Source of the DNA: a virus
Lineage: Duplodnaviria; Caudoviricetes
Virus record (IMG/VR): IMGVR_UViG_3300036828_000700
Span: 1-52,534 of that record
DNA length: 52,534 nucleotides
Strand: one strand, 5' to 3'
A program made the position numbers and the translations under genes. Under the pieces are notes generated by a model that worked only from the letters and a program-made list of their open reading frames with translations, had not been told where the DNA came from and ran no database searches. How positions within the stretch are numbered: the first letter of the stretch is position 1; each line of letters starts with the position of its first letter. Below are positions 1 through 8,474 of the stretch, piece by piece.

Positions 1-127
1 GCTGTTTCAACGTCCTCGTCGATCCGGCCTTTGCCCCTGCCGTGATGCGGTCCTAGCTTCGGCCTCTTCATGACGGCACACCCATGCCGCCTCCACCATT
101 GCCCATCTGCGGATTCGCCTGTGACGG
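1..127. repeat. 127-bp terminal direct repeat (copy at 52408-52534); circular assembly overlap
   Basis: Bases 1-127 (gctgtttcaa...gtgacgg) are identical to 52408-52534, and reading frames continue across the junction. Confidence 0.95.
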
Positions 128-541
128 GCCAACGGCCGCGCCAGAGAATCCTAGTGATGGGCCGACTGGCACTGCCTGTTCCTTGATCGTGTCGTTCAGG
201 CTTTTGCCAGCCTGATCAAGCGCGGCCCATGCTCTGTTGAGATGACGGGCCACTTCCGGATGACTCTGCATCATGTGGATCATGTGTGCAGCGACCACAC
301 GTTTCATCTGATCGATATTGCCGGCGGCGAATCCGGAGTTGGCTTTCTTCTGCTCGTTGATCCGCTGTGCAATCGCGGTCATGAGCAGATTGCCGGGAGT
401 TTCGGCACCTGGGGTGCTGGGCATTCCGGCACCCGGAGCACCCAGAGCACCGCCCCCAGGTGGAGCGCCACCTGGGACGGGCGTCGGACCCATGGTGGGT
501 CCGCGCCTGAGCTGCATCATCGCGGCTGGTGTCAGTGCCAT
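68..541 (-). CDS. Pro/Gly/Met-rich head-region protein
   Basis: 157-aa ORF coupled to its neighbours, lying between portal and scaffold on the circle. Confidence 0.7.
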   Translation of the reverse strand: MALTPAAMMQLRRGPTMGPTPVPGGAPPGGGALGAPGAGMPSTPGAETPGNLLMTAIAQRINEQKKANSGFAAGNIDQMKRVVAAHMIHMMQSHPEVARHLNRAWAALDQAGKSLNDTIKEQAVPVGPSLGFSGAAVGPSQANPQMGNGGGGMGVPS

Positions 542-543
542 GA

Positions 544-750
544 TCAGTCGCGGTCGTTAGCGCCAGTACCCTTCGGGAAATAACCGAGCGGGTCTTTGCT
601 CCGTGGTGCTGGGGCGGCCTCGCCCACTGCCACATCATTCTTCAACGGCATCCGTGCATACGGCGTCCTCATATCGGGGAGGCCACCCCGATCGTCGGTA
701 TTGAGCCGTCCCTGTCCGTTGGAAAGTCCTCTTCCGTTTCCGTTTGCCAT
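544..750 (-). CDS. hypothetical protein
   Basis: GAGGTG SD about 6 nt before the ATG at 750 (MANGNGRG...). Confidence 0.6.
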   Translation of the reverse strand: MANGNGRGLSNGQGRLNTDDRGGLPDMRTPYARMPLKNDVAVGEAAPAPRSKDPLGYFPKGTGANDRD

Positions 751-760
751 GTGGATCACC

Positions 761-835
761 TCATCTGCGGCTACGGCGCTGCCGCCGTGCGCGAAGCAGG
801 AATCGCTTGCCGCGGGATTTAACGCTGCGTGCCAT
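761..835 (-). CDS. 24-aa Arg-rich micro-protein
   Basis: Translated by hand: MARSVKSRGKRFLLRARRQRRSRR*. Its stop overlaps the next gene's SD. Confidence 0.5.
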   Translation of the reverse strand: MARSVKSRGKRFLLRARRQRRSRR

Positions 836-1000
836 TTGCGTACCTAGTTAAAGGGGGCGCGACGGCCCTGCATTGGTGGTGATCCATCGCAGTAGCCGCC
901 TCACCCCAGAACTGTTTCCAAGGCCTTCCCGAGGAGCCGATCCGTTAGGCAGCTCAACTCTCCCGGCGTTTAAGCCTTGTGTCGGAAGTCCCGTTGTTTG

Positions 1001-1066
1001 CTACTTCCGACCTTTCCGAGATGCGCGCTTACCGCGCCGTCGATTCCGAACGATGTCCTCGAACAT
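1001..1066 (-). CDS. 21-aa Arg/Lys-rich micro-protein
   Basis: Perfect AGGAGGTG SD, then MFEDIVRNRRRGKRASRKGRK*. Confidence 0.65.
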   Translation of the reverse strand: MFEDIVRNRRRGKRASRKGRK

Positions 1067-1083
1067 GTACGTCACCTCCTTGT

Positions 1084-1359
1084 TCAGATTCCGGTCTCGA
1101 CCTCGCCATTGCGGGCGATGATCTGTCCGTCCTCTCTGATGCGGACCTCGCGTGCGTCTCCGTAACGTCCCAGCAGGGTGACTGCGGAGCGCTCAAGATA
1201 CGCAGCGCGTTCGCGGTCATCCATCTGTTTCCAGTCCATCTCAGAAACATCGAAGGGCCAGGAGAGTTTTCCAGCGACAGCGACCTGCACCTTGAAATAG
1301 CCAGTGCGATCGGGCCACGGCTGGAAGTCGATGATCTCGACCCGCGAGTTAAGTCTCAC
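1084..1359 (-). CDS. hypothetical protein
   Basis: 91-aa ORF co-oriented with the late genes. Confidence 0.6.
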   Translation of the reverse strand: MRLNSRVEIIDFQPWPDRTGYFKVQVAVAGKLSWPFDVSEMDWKQMDDRERAAYLERSAVTLLGRYGDAREVRIREDGQIIARNGEVETGI

Positions 1360-1423
1360 GCTGTTAAGAAATGCGGGCGGGGAACTTTGAACTCAATCGC
1401 TGTGGAACAAACGAGGAGAATTT

Positions 1424-1458
1424 AGAGAAGAGAGAGAAGCGGGGGCCGAAGCCCCCGC
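1424..1458 (-). terminator. intrinsic terminator closing a two-gene moron
   Basis: Minus strand reads GCGGGGGC-TTCG-GCCCCCGC followed by a T/C-rich tail. Confidence 0.7.
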
Positions 1459-1469
1459 AGCGGGTGAAA

Positions 1470-1829
1470 TCATCTGAGAACGAGCGGCGGGTTCTTCTCA
1501 GTCGCCTCAAAGGCTTCCTCAAACGACGGGCCAGCGCCGAGCACTTCAAACATCATGCCCATCAGCACGCGCCCGACTTTATATCTCGGCACCCAGTACT
1601 TGATGCGACCGAGCCTCAGCTCAGGTTCTTGAGCGATGATGTAGAAGTTGTGGCTGTCCTTGATCGTGCCGCAGCACTTGCCGCTGAGTTTGCCGTGCTC
1701 GCAGACCCCATGCGGCCATTCGCGCCACTGGAGATCCTCGCCGATGAATGCGCCGCGCTTCTCCATCGCCACGGCAGCGTTCTTGCCCCAGAGCTTGCGG
1801 GCCTTCCGTAGTGCCTGTGCTTCAGTCAT
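1470..1829 (-). CDS. hypothetical moron protein
   Basis: ORF 1470..1847 in the track; the GAGGAG SD favours the ATG at 1829 (MTEAQALRKA...). Confidence 0.65.
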   Translation of the reverse strand: MTEAQALRKARKLWGKNAAVAMEKRGAFIGEDLQWREWPHGVCEHGKLSGKCCGTIKDSHNFYIIAQEPELRLGRIKYWVPRYKVGRVLMGMMFEVLGAGPSFEEAFEATEKNPPLVLR

Positions 1830-2016
1830 GGGGCTGCTCCTCTCCATTGCGAAAGCGCATCGCGGTGGTCCAGGTGACCTTCTCGCGTGCGCCAGTGAGG
1901 AACTTCACAATCGCGTGGTCGCGGCGGATGCCGATGATGATGCCGGCGCACCAGCCGACCCCGATTTTCACCCAGACCGGATTGCCGAGCTGAGCGATGT
2001 AACGAGTGACAGTCAT
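1822..2016 (-). CDS. small SH3/Tudor-like beta-barrel protein (tentative)
   Basis: GGAGG SD before the ATG at 2016; pattern LGNPVWVK..W.AGII..IR..AIVKF..G.REKV.W. Confidence 0.55.
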   Translation of the reverse strand: MTVTRYIAQLGNPVWVKIGVGWCAGIIIGIRRDHAIVKFLTGAREKVTWTTAMRFRNGEEQPHD

Positions 2017-2067
2017 TTCTTGATGCCTCCTTGCATTGGCGTCTTGTCTCATCACGTTCTGATAATA

Positions 2068-2096
2068 CTTATAGCATAGTCATTCGACTAAGTCAA
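2068..2096 (-). promoter_or_regulatory. sigma70-type promoter
   Basis: TTGACT (2096-2091), 17 bp spacer, TGc-TATAAG (2073-2068). Confidence 0.75.
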
Positions 2097-2139
2097 ATAA
2101 CCTGCTATTTTTGATTATCAGATTGAGTAGTCGAAATGA

Positions 2140-2373
2140 CTATTGATTTAGGTGGACGAGGTCTTGCCGACGAACTTGGATGCGCCAACGGCCACGGGCA
2201 TCGCGGAAAGCCCGATAACCAAACTCCGCGAGAACGTCACCCTGATAGAGCCACTTGTAAATGGTTTTGGGTCTTCGCATCACGAGCACCGCGAACTGGC
2301 TTACCGGAATCCAGCGATCCCGTTCTCCTTCCTTAAGCCAGGGCGGCTGGGCCTTGCTGATCCGCACGCTCAT
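2140..2373 (-). CDS. excisionase/MerR-like HTH DNA-binding protein
   Basis: WIPVSQFAVLVMRRPKTIYKWL...DARGRWRI fits a winged-HTH pattern. Confidence 0.7.
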   Translation of the reverse strand: MSVRISKAQPPWLKEGERDRWIPVSQFAVLVMRRPKTIYKWLYQGDVLAEFGYRAFRDARGRWRIQVRRQDLVHLNQ

Positions 2374-4124
2374 GATTTTTTCTTCTGGTTCTTCAACTCC
2401 TGCATCTGCGCGGCCATCTGCGCCTGCATCTGGGCTTCCTTGTTCAGCCGGTCGAGCACCTTCTTGCGGTTGGGATAGCGCACGGCCTCGAGCAAGCCTT
2501 CGGTGTCGAGTGCGCCCATGTTCTTAAGGGCGAGTGCCATCTGCCGGATCATCACGCCAGAGAAAGGTTGTAGGGATGCCGGATCGACATGGGCCTCATA
2601 CTGCATCACTCGATTGGGGTCCACTGGCTGCCAACGGAGAGTGCCGAAGCCGTCCGCTCGCGGGTCCGCGTACAACCTTTCGTCTTTGGTGAACTGGGCC
2701 ATCGTCGCAAAGATCAGATAGGCCAATCGCCGGATCGGCTCGTACATGAGGCGAGCACGGCCACGCGTTAGCGTTTGCCCCTGCATCAAGCTGCCGGTGA
2801 AGAGATCGTTTGAGACGTTGCCCTGTGGCGTTTTTCCCATACGCGGATCGGAAAAGCCCTGGAGCAGACGCTGCTTGGTGAGCAGCAGCTCAGAGGCCTG
2901 AATTCCCTCACCGCTTCCTTTTGGCTGCACCAGCGTAGGAACGGGCGAGCCTTGCGCGATCATCTGGGTTTCACCCGGCACACCACCGAATCGTTCGGTA
3001 TCGATTCCCGTCGATTCATCGATGAACCAGATGCCGTTGAGCAGGCGCACCATGTTCTCAAAGTCCTGGGTCACGAACCTTTCGGCCATGTCCTGCAGGG
3101 CTTTGGAATACCTGAACGGAGGAGGTGCCCAGAATCCATGGAGCGCCGGCATCCCCACAAAACGAACCACGGGGAACTCGCCATGCCAGTAGGGATTCTC
3201 GCCGTCGAACAGGATGATGTTATTGCACTCCACGATCATACGGCCGCGCGGGTAGCGCATCCGGTAGTCCTGACGGGCCATTCCTGAGAATTCGATCGGC
3301 TCGTTCTTGCCGCCAGTGGTGCGGACCCGGGAATTGTCGCGCAGGAACAGGGTGCGGACGCGCACGCGGGCATCGCCGGGAGTGCTGCTCACTGGCAGAC
3401 CAGGAATCATTCCCTGCATGGGGCCAGTGGGCACTTCGAGTCCGAACACTCCGCGGCGACCCATTGAGGACAGGGGCAGCGGTTCTGGTGACCGATTGAG
3501 CGTGACCCGCTGGGCTGGGACAGGCCAGTACTGCTTCACCACGTCGAGCCACATATGGTCCTCGAGGATGACGTACTGCCATTTCTTGTCATCGATGGAA
3601 TACGGGTCGGGATAGACCGTCTCAGGGTCGCGCCAGTACGCGGTAGTGTCGCCGCGGCCATTGCGGAGATCGTTGTCGTAACCGACTTGGATGAATCCGC
3701 AACCGCAGAAGAAGGACCACATCAGGGCGTATAGGATGTTGAGATTGACCTGAGAGTCCCGCCACTGGGCCTGCAGACAGGCCTCCGCGTTTTCATCCTG
3801 GTCGTAGTTGGCGAAGGTCTTGACGATATAGATGCGGGGGTCGATGTCAGTCAGGTCGATCGCTTCCATGAAGCCCAGCACCTGGGCCTCCGGAATCCGC
3901 ATCGTCGGCCGGAAGATCGGAGTTTCAGTATCGCGGGGAAAGAGGTTGTAGGAATCCCTTATTTGTCGGAACCACTCGTCTCCGAGCTGATCTTTTCTTT
4001 GCTGCTGGGCGATTCTTTGGAGGTTGTCGATTTGCTGGCAGATGCGGGATTCCGCCGCGAGCTGCTCTTTGTCGGAATCGCTGACGCGGTCTGCGAGGCG
4101 ACGGACGGTAGCTCTATTCGCCAC
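2370..4124 (-). CDS. portal protein
   Basis: 584 aa, directly downstream of the terminase. Segments GCGFIQVGYD, DPETVYPDP and NPYWHGEFPVVRF, plus a Gln-rich C-terminus, resemble P22-like portals. Confidence 0.85.
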   Translation of the reverse strand: MANRATVRRLADRVSDSDKEQLAAESRICQQIDNLQRIAQQQRKDQLGDEWFRQIRDSYNLFPRDTETPIFRPTMRIPEAQVLGFMEAIDLTDIDPRIYIVKTFANYDQDENAEACLQAQWRDSQVNLNILYALMWSFFCGCGFIQVGYDNDLRNGRGDTTAYWRDPETVYPDPYSIDDKKWQYVILEDHMWLDVVKQYWPVPAQRVTLNRSPEPLPLSSMGRRGVFGLEVPTGPMQGMIPGLPVSSTPGDARVRVRTLFLRDNSRVRTTGGKNEPIEFSGMARQDYRMRYPRGRMIVECNNIILFDGENPYWHGEFPVVRFVGMPALHGFWAPPPFRYSKALQDMAERFVTQDFENMVRLLNGIWFIDESTGIDTERFGGVPGETQMIAQGSPVPTLVQPKGSGEGIQASELLLTKQRLLQGFSDPRMGKTPQGNVSNDLFTGSLMQGQTLTRGRARLMYEPIRRLAYLIFATMAQFTKDERLYADPRADGFGTLRWQPVDPNRVMQYEAHVDPASLQPFSGVMIRQMALALKNMGALDTEGLLEAVRYPNRKKVLDRLNKEAQMQAQMAAQMQELKNQKKKS

Positions 4125-4383
4125 TGTGCTCCGATTGAATCCATCGGAAGCCGCCTGTCACCAGCAAGCGGGTTGGGGTTGTCTGTTCGACTTTTTCTTA
4201 TCTGGTCTTCCACGTCTTTGGCAATGTTTATCAAGTCCCGAACTGAACCCATCAGCTCAAACCTAGCTAGAGTCCGCAGGTTGGAAATCAGCGAGAGAAG
4301 CAGATTCTCCCACGCCAGCGTGTAGTTTGAGCGGTACTGCTCCAGAAAGTCGTCACCAATTTTCTTCAGCAGTTGATCAGCGT

Positions 4384-4629
4384 TCAGCTTTTTAGTTCGC
4401 GGTAGCGGAACATGTCGCCCACCGGCTGCTCCGGTCCCGCCAGCATCCGTGCGCGGTGCAGCTCCTCCTGGCGCTTGAGCATCCGCTCGTTGGTCAGGAC
4501 GACGCTGGTCGGCATCTTCTTGATGGGTTTCTTTTTCTCGCGGCAGATTGAGCACGTCTTCTGCTCGTGCCTGATCGCTGGGTGGGCGAGGTGTTCGAGG
4601 GCGTTTGCGATTCGTTTCAGATCGTTCAA
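4384..4629 (-). CDS. hypothetical protein (H...H...CxxC)
   Basis: 81-aa ORF starting 3 nt after the terminase nuclease gene stop. Confidence 0.6.
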   Translation of the reverse strand: MNDLKRIANALEHLAHPAIRHEQKTCSICREKKKPIKKMPTSVVLTNERMLKRQEELHRARMLAGPEQPVGDMFRYRELKS

Positions 4630-4632
4630 GGA

Positions 4633-5448
4633 TCACCACACACCTTCCAGCTTGTCACCCACTTTCGGTTTAAAAATTTGGGTTTTCACCATCCACTTCT
4701 CGTGCAGACGCATGGCCGGATCATAATCGTAGTCGAGGGGGAAACGCTCCTGACCCTCCTTCTCCTCAAGCAGACGGCGCGACTGACCCGCGTTCTTGGG
4801 CGGCGGGTACTGATCGAGAGCGACCGCCGCGATGGCGGCCGCGACGAAGATATCATCGTGACCGCGCTTGACCTCCCAGCGCACCGTGAGATCATCGCGC
4901 ATACAGAAACCCATCTGGGCAACCAGCCGCTTGTCACGGACCTTGAGGAAGCCATGAGTTGCACCTGGATCGATTGGCCGGATGAACTCCCGAAAAACGA
5001 TGAGCATCTTCTGGCGCGATCGGTATGTGGTTTCCCAACCCAGCGCTTTCCCGATGTGCTTGTACCGCTTGTCGTCTTTGCCCAGCCATCCGTAAAGATT
5101 CGGGTAGTGGTATTTGTCACGAAGCAGCTTGTTAACCTGGCTTCCATCGCCGCCCGTCTGCTCCACGTTCACCAGCGCCTTGTTGTAGTAGCGACCGAGC
5201 GCGTTGACCGTCCAGGCAAACTCCTCGACTCCTAGGCGGTGCGCGAAGGTGAAGGCCTGATTACCAGTCATGCCGTTCCAGCATACTGCGGCCGAAAAAT
5301 CGCCTTTTGCGGTCCCATCCGGATCGAGATTGCCGCGAGCTGCATCGGCACCGAGATAGTACTTATCGCCTTCGATCGGTTGCTCCCAGATCCACAGCGG
5401 CGAGGACTCTCCGCGGCCGCGGCGCAGTTGGATGGGAAAATCACTCAT
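4633..5448 (-). CDS. terL: terminase large subunit, C-terminal RNase H-like nuclease part
   Basis: IWEQP..YYLGADAARG, DFSAA, NVEQTG and HDDIFVAAAIA acidic nuclease motifs. Confidence 0.88.
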   Translation of the reverse strand: MSDFPIQLRRGRGESSPLWIWEQPIEGDKYYLGADAARGNLDPDGTAKGDFSAAVCWNGMTGNQAFTFAHRLGVEEFAWTVNALGRYYNKALVNVEQTGGDGSQVNKLLRDKYHYPNLYGWLGKDDKRYKHIGKALGWETTYRSRQKMLIVFREFIRPIDPGATHGFLKVRDKRLVAQMGFCMRDDLTVRWEVKRGHDDIFVAAAIAAVALDQYPPPKNAGQSRRLLEEKEGQERFPLDYDYDPAMRLHEKWMVKTQIFKPKVGDKLEGVW

Positions 5449-5800
5449 GAAGTTGCCACCCCTGCAGGGTGCGAAGAATCCGATGCTTTAGTCGATCGGC
5501 GGCGTCGTCCACTTCGTTGTAGTCCGCCACTGAGGTCGCCGCGAAGAACGTCGGACACTGGACCTTTTCAGGGTTGGAAGCCATGCCAGTGACCATGACC
5601 GAAATCGCCCCTGGCAGGTTGCTCCAGTCCAAACCCCACTCCCAGCCTTTCATCAGCGGTTCATCCCTGAGCATCTCGTTGAGCACAGCTCCAACCGCCT
5701 GACACAGCCCCAGCGGGTCGCGCCGGAACGCCACATCGAGATCGATGTGATCGCGAATGATCTCCTGCTCAGAGGCGAGGTGCCAGCCCTTGCGTTTCAT
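5441..5800 (-). CDS. hypothetical protein inserted between the terL halves
   Basis: 119-aa ORF with start/stop overlaps to both neighbours. Confidence 0.65.
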   Translation of the reverse strand: MKRKGWHLASEQEIIRDHIDLDVAFRRDPLGLCQAVGAVLNEMLRDEPLMKGWEWGLDWSNLPGAISVMVTGMASNPEKVQCPTFFAATSVADYNEVDDAADRLKHRILRTLQGWQLHE

Positions 5801-6399
5801 TTTCCAGTCGTCAGCAGTCGCTGCATCTGGTCGAGAATTTTGGCCTGTGCTGGGGGCCAGTGTCCCTGCCGTTCAACCCACTCCTGCCCCTGACTCTTGG
5901 GGAACATGTAGCCGCGCATGAACATATCGAGATAACTCTGGTTCATGAACTGGTCGAAGGATCGGTTGTCACCTTCGCGACCTCCACTGGCTTTGAAATC
6001 TTTCTGCTCCTCCTGCCAGTGCTGCTGCGCCAATTCCATATCGCGCGGAGTCATCGCCTGCCGAAACTGCTGCTTGAGGTTCCACCACGCAGGATGCACT
6101 GGCTCCCCGCTAGGCTTGACGTTACCCAGATAATGCATCGCCTCGGTGGTGATGATGTCCTGCAACTCCTGCGGGGTCTTGGGCCGCGCCGCCCGCAATT
6201 GGATGGACAGCTTTCCCGGCGCGGGGTTGTCCTCGCCCCAAGGCATGTAGGTTTCGTCCTGATAGGGACCAGCGGCTCTCGTTACATTGATCGGTACATT
6301 GGCAAGCAGTGGGTACTGGCGATTCACTGCCTGCACTGCGGCGGTATACGAAGGATCATCCGCAGGATGCGTCGGTGCCAGTGGGATTCCTGCTGCCAT
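5797..6399 (-). CDS. hypothetical protein with a degenerate zincin-like motif (TEAMH)
   Basis: 200-aa ORF; IITTEAMHYL resembles HExxH without the first His. Confidence 0.6.
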   Translation of the reverse strand: MAAGIPLAPTHPADDPSYTAAVQAVNRQYPLLANVPINVTRAAGPYQDETYMPWGEDNPAPGKLSIQLRAARPKTPQELQDIITTEAMHYLGNVKPSGEPVHPAWWNLKQQFRQAMTPRDMELAQQHWQEEQKDFKASGGREGDNRSFDQFMNQSYLDMFMRGYMFPKSQGQEWVERQGHWPPAQAKILDQMQRLLTTGK

Positions 6400-6402
6400 C
6401 TC

Positions 6403-6528
6403 TTAAACGCAACGCGCCTTGTGCCTAGTGTGGCAGCGGTTGCAGACGTACTTTCCACATCGCGGGCAGATCCGCGAGGTCTGGTCACCGCAGCTTATGC
6501 ACTTCTTCATCTCGACCGTTCGTTTCAT
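6403..6528 (-). CDS. 41-aa Cys/His zinc-finger protein
   Basis: Translated by hand: MKRTVEMKKCISCGDQTSRICPRCGKYVCNRCHTRHKARCV*. Confidence 0.6.
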   Translation of the reverse strand: MKRTVEMKKCISCGDQTSRICPRCGKYVCNRCHTRHKARCV

Positions 6529-6532
6529 TTCC

Positions 6533-7504
6533 CTACTCTGCGGGTGGCGGGATTTCCACTGACCCCATGAACCGCGGTTTACGGAGTGTCGATTCGGCCG
6601 CCTTCATTTCCCCCGGCAGAAAGGCCGGATCACCCGTGGAAACGAAGGCCTCCTCTGGATTTGTCGGATACTCTTGGTGAAACTTATCGACGTAACCTTG
6701 GCACCGATTCGGAATAGCCCAGCGCCGCCAACTGATCTGCTCAAGGTCGGCACCGTACAGCTCGACCAGCTCCTGTTCCTCCTGGTCGAGGTTCGAGGAC
6801 AGGACATTGTTGACCTCAACATCCATCCGCGAAACGGGATCCATCAGCCAGGAAATAAAGATCGGGGCGAACTGGTTTTTCCGCTCGACCGCCTCAATCC
6901 AGTAGTTGTAGAACGTCTCGCCCGCGCCCACCTTCCCGTTGGCGGTAGACTCGATGAGAATCATCGTGTCCTGCCGGTAAGCTACGGTCGAGATGAGCGC
7001 GGTGAATGCGTCCTCGGCCTGTTCGTAAAATGCAGCTTCGGATAGATGCAGCGCGGTGACGGTGAGTCCGCGTGCGCCTTCGACCGTTTTCGCGGTCGCG
7101 ATGCTGTAGAGCGATTCTCCATCCAGATGAGGAAATCGGAGTTCGTGCGCGGTTCTGAGCTGCTCCGGATCTAGGTTGCAGTCGTAACAGAGCGTGGTGT
7201 GGCCGGCGCGCGCATCGCGGAACATCGCACGCACGTTCTTGGCGCGGTGTGCGACTGACATCGCCACCGCATTGGGGAACGCGGTGCAATGAATGACGTT
7301 GAGAAAAGAACAGTGGGTGGAGATGCCAACGCGGCGGGCTTTCAGAATGATCGCCCACATCGGCAGGCCTTCGGCGGCCTGCTGCATGAGCCTATCGATA
7401 ACTAGGAGCTGGGAGGGATTCGGCTCAAACGGAACCTGAGCGGCGCGGTCGCGGTGCTTGATGCGGAACTTGGAGAAGTTGACGGCGCGGAGATCGAGGT
7501 ACAT
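6533..7504 (-). CDS. terL: terminase large subunit, N-terminal ATPase part
   Basis: Walker A ILKARRVGIST, Walker B LHLSEAAFY, motif C IESTANG, linker FHQEYP..EEAF. Confidence 0.9.
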   Translation of the reverse strand: MYLDLRAVNFSKFRIKHRDRAAQVPFEPNPSQLLVIDRLMQQAAEGLPMWAIILKARRVGISTHCSFLNVIHCTAFPNAVAMSVAHRAKNVRAMFRDARAGHTTLCYDCNLDPEQLRTAHELRFPHLDGESLYSIATAKTVEGARGLTVTALHLSEAAFYEQAEDAFTALISTVAYRQDTMILIESTANGKVGAGETFYNYWIEAVERKNQFAPIFISWLMDPVSRMDVEVNNVLSSNLDQEEQELVELYGADLEQISWRRWAIPNRCQGYVDKFHQEYPTNPEEAFVSTGDPAFLPGEMKAAESTLRKPRFMGSVEIPPPAE

Positions 7505-7516
7505 GTTCCGGCCCTA

Positions 7517-7544
7517 GCAGTGGGTGCCCGAAAGCACCCACTGC
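7517..7544. other. perfect 11-bp hairpin just upstream of the terL ATPase gene
   Basis: GCAGTGGGTGC-ccgaaa-GCACCCACTGC, with no U-tract on the coding strand. Confidence 0.55.
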
Positions 7545-7559
7545 CAACGAACTTGTCAT

Positions 7560-8207
7560 TCATTTCCTTACGGGCGTCGGCGCACTCTCACTAGGAGGTA
7601 GATTGCCCGGAGGTCCGGGCTTCGGAATCAGCGCTGCCTTGTAGCCTTCACCCGGAACGTAAACGATGACCAAGGCCTTGCCCTCTGGCACGGTAATGCC
7701 TGGTGGCAGAGCATCGGGCGGCAGCACAATCGGCGGCGTGGCATAGCCCGGCCACGGAGCGTCTCCACCCCAAGTGCCCAATGGCGGCGACGGCGGGTAG
7801 AAGATCGGCGGCATCGGATACGTCGGCGGATAGTAAATCGGCGGAGTCGGCCACGGCAGAGGTGCGCCTCCCCAAATGCCTAGAGGAGGAGGACCACCGC
7901 TAACAGGCGGATTCGGCCATACTGTCGGCGGTATCGGGTGCGCCGGATAAGGAGGCGGACCACCCGGAGCAATCGGATGCGCCGGATACCCCGGAGACGT
8001 CGGGGGGTAATAGATCGGTGGAGTGGGCCAAGGTATAGGGGCACCACCCCAAATCCCCGGTGGAGGTCCAGCACTGCCCGGTGGTGGAGTGGGCCACACT
8101 CCCGGTGGAATCGGGTGCTCAGGATGCCCCGGCCACCAGGGCGGCTTCTCATCGGGTGGCCGTGATGGCATCGGCATCGGAACGATCAACGCGTAAAATG
8201 GATCCAT
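7560..8207 (-). CDS. proline-rich repeat protein
   Basis: Repeated PxHPI and GIWGGAPxPWPTPPIYYPP units; strong GAGGAGGA SD region upstream. Confidence 0.75.
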   Translation of the reverse strand: MDPFYALIVPMPMPSRPPDEKPPWWPGHPEHPIPPGVWPTPPPGSAGPPPGIWGGAPIPWPTPPIYYPPTSPGYPAHPIAPGGPPPYPAHPIPPTVWPNPPVSGGPPPLGIWGGAPLPWPTPPIYYPPTYPMPPIFYPPSPPLGTWGGDAPWPGYATPPIVLPPDALPPGITVPEGKALVIVYVPGEGYKAALIPKPGPPGNLPPSESAPTPVRK

Positions 8208-8264
8208 AGTTTCCTCACTTCCTCCTCATCTTTTAAGGGTTTCGTATCAGCACATTGTTACCGT

Positions 8265-8474
8265 TCATCGGATTCTCGGTACCAGCAGCGGTCCACTGAG
8301 CAGACCCAGGGCTTGGAGCAGGACCACAACTAGGATCAGCGCGAGGATTGCCCGGATCACCACCCGCACTGGTTGAACCATGGGAATCTGCCCGATGAGC
8401 CAATCGATCAGATAAAAAATCAGCCCGAGAATCGCCAGATAGATGAGCAGCGCGATCAGATTCTCCAAGTTCAC
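8265..8474 (-). CDS. small two-TM membrane protein (holin-like candidate)
   Basis: Two hydrophobic helices separated by IPMVQP. Confidence 0.7.
   Translation of the reverse strand: MNLENLIALLIYLAILGLIFYLIDWLIGQIPMVQPVRVVIRAILALILVVVLLQALGLLSGPLLVPRIR

Noticed and set aside
848-1003. Stop-codon readthrough of the 21-aa ORF (TAG-CAA within a hairpin, about 50 open codons after it)
   Set aside because: An open stretch of that length is common at this GC content and the extension has no recognisable features.
5449-6532. Group I/II intron or intein in terL
   Set aside because: No intron core elements, homing endonuclease or reverse transcriptase is visible, and the gap is fully occupied by coupled ORFs. 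A covariance-model search is needed to exclude it formally.
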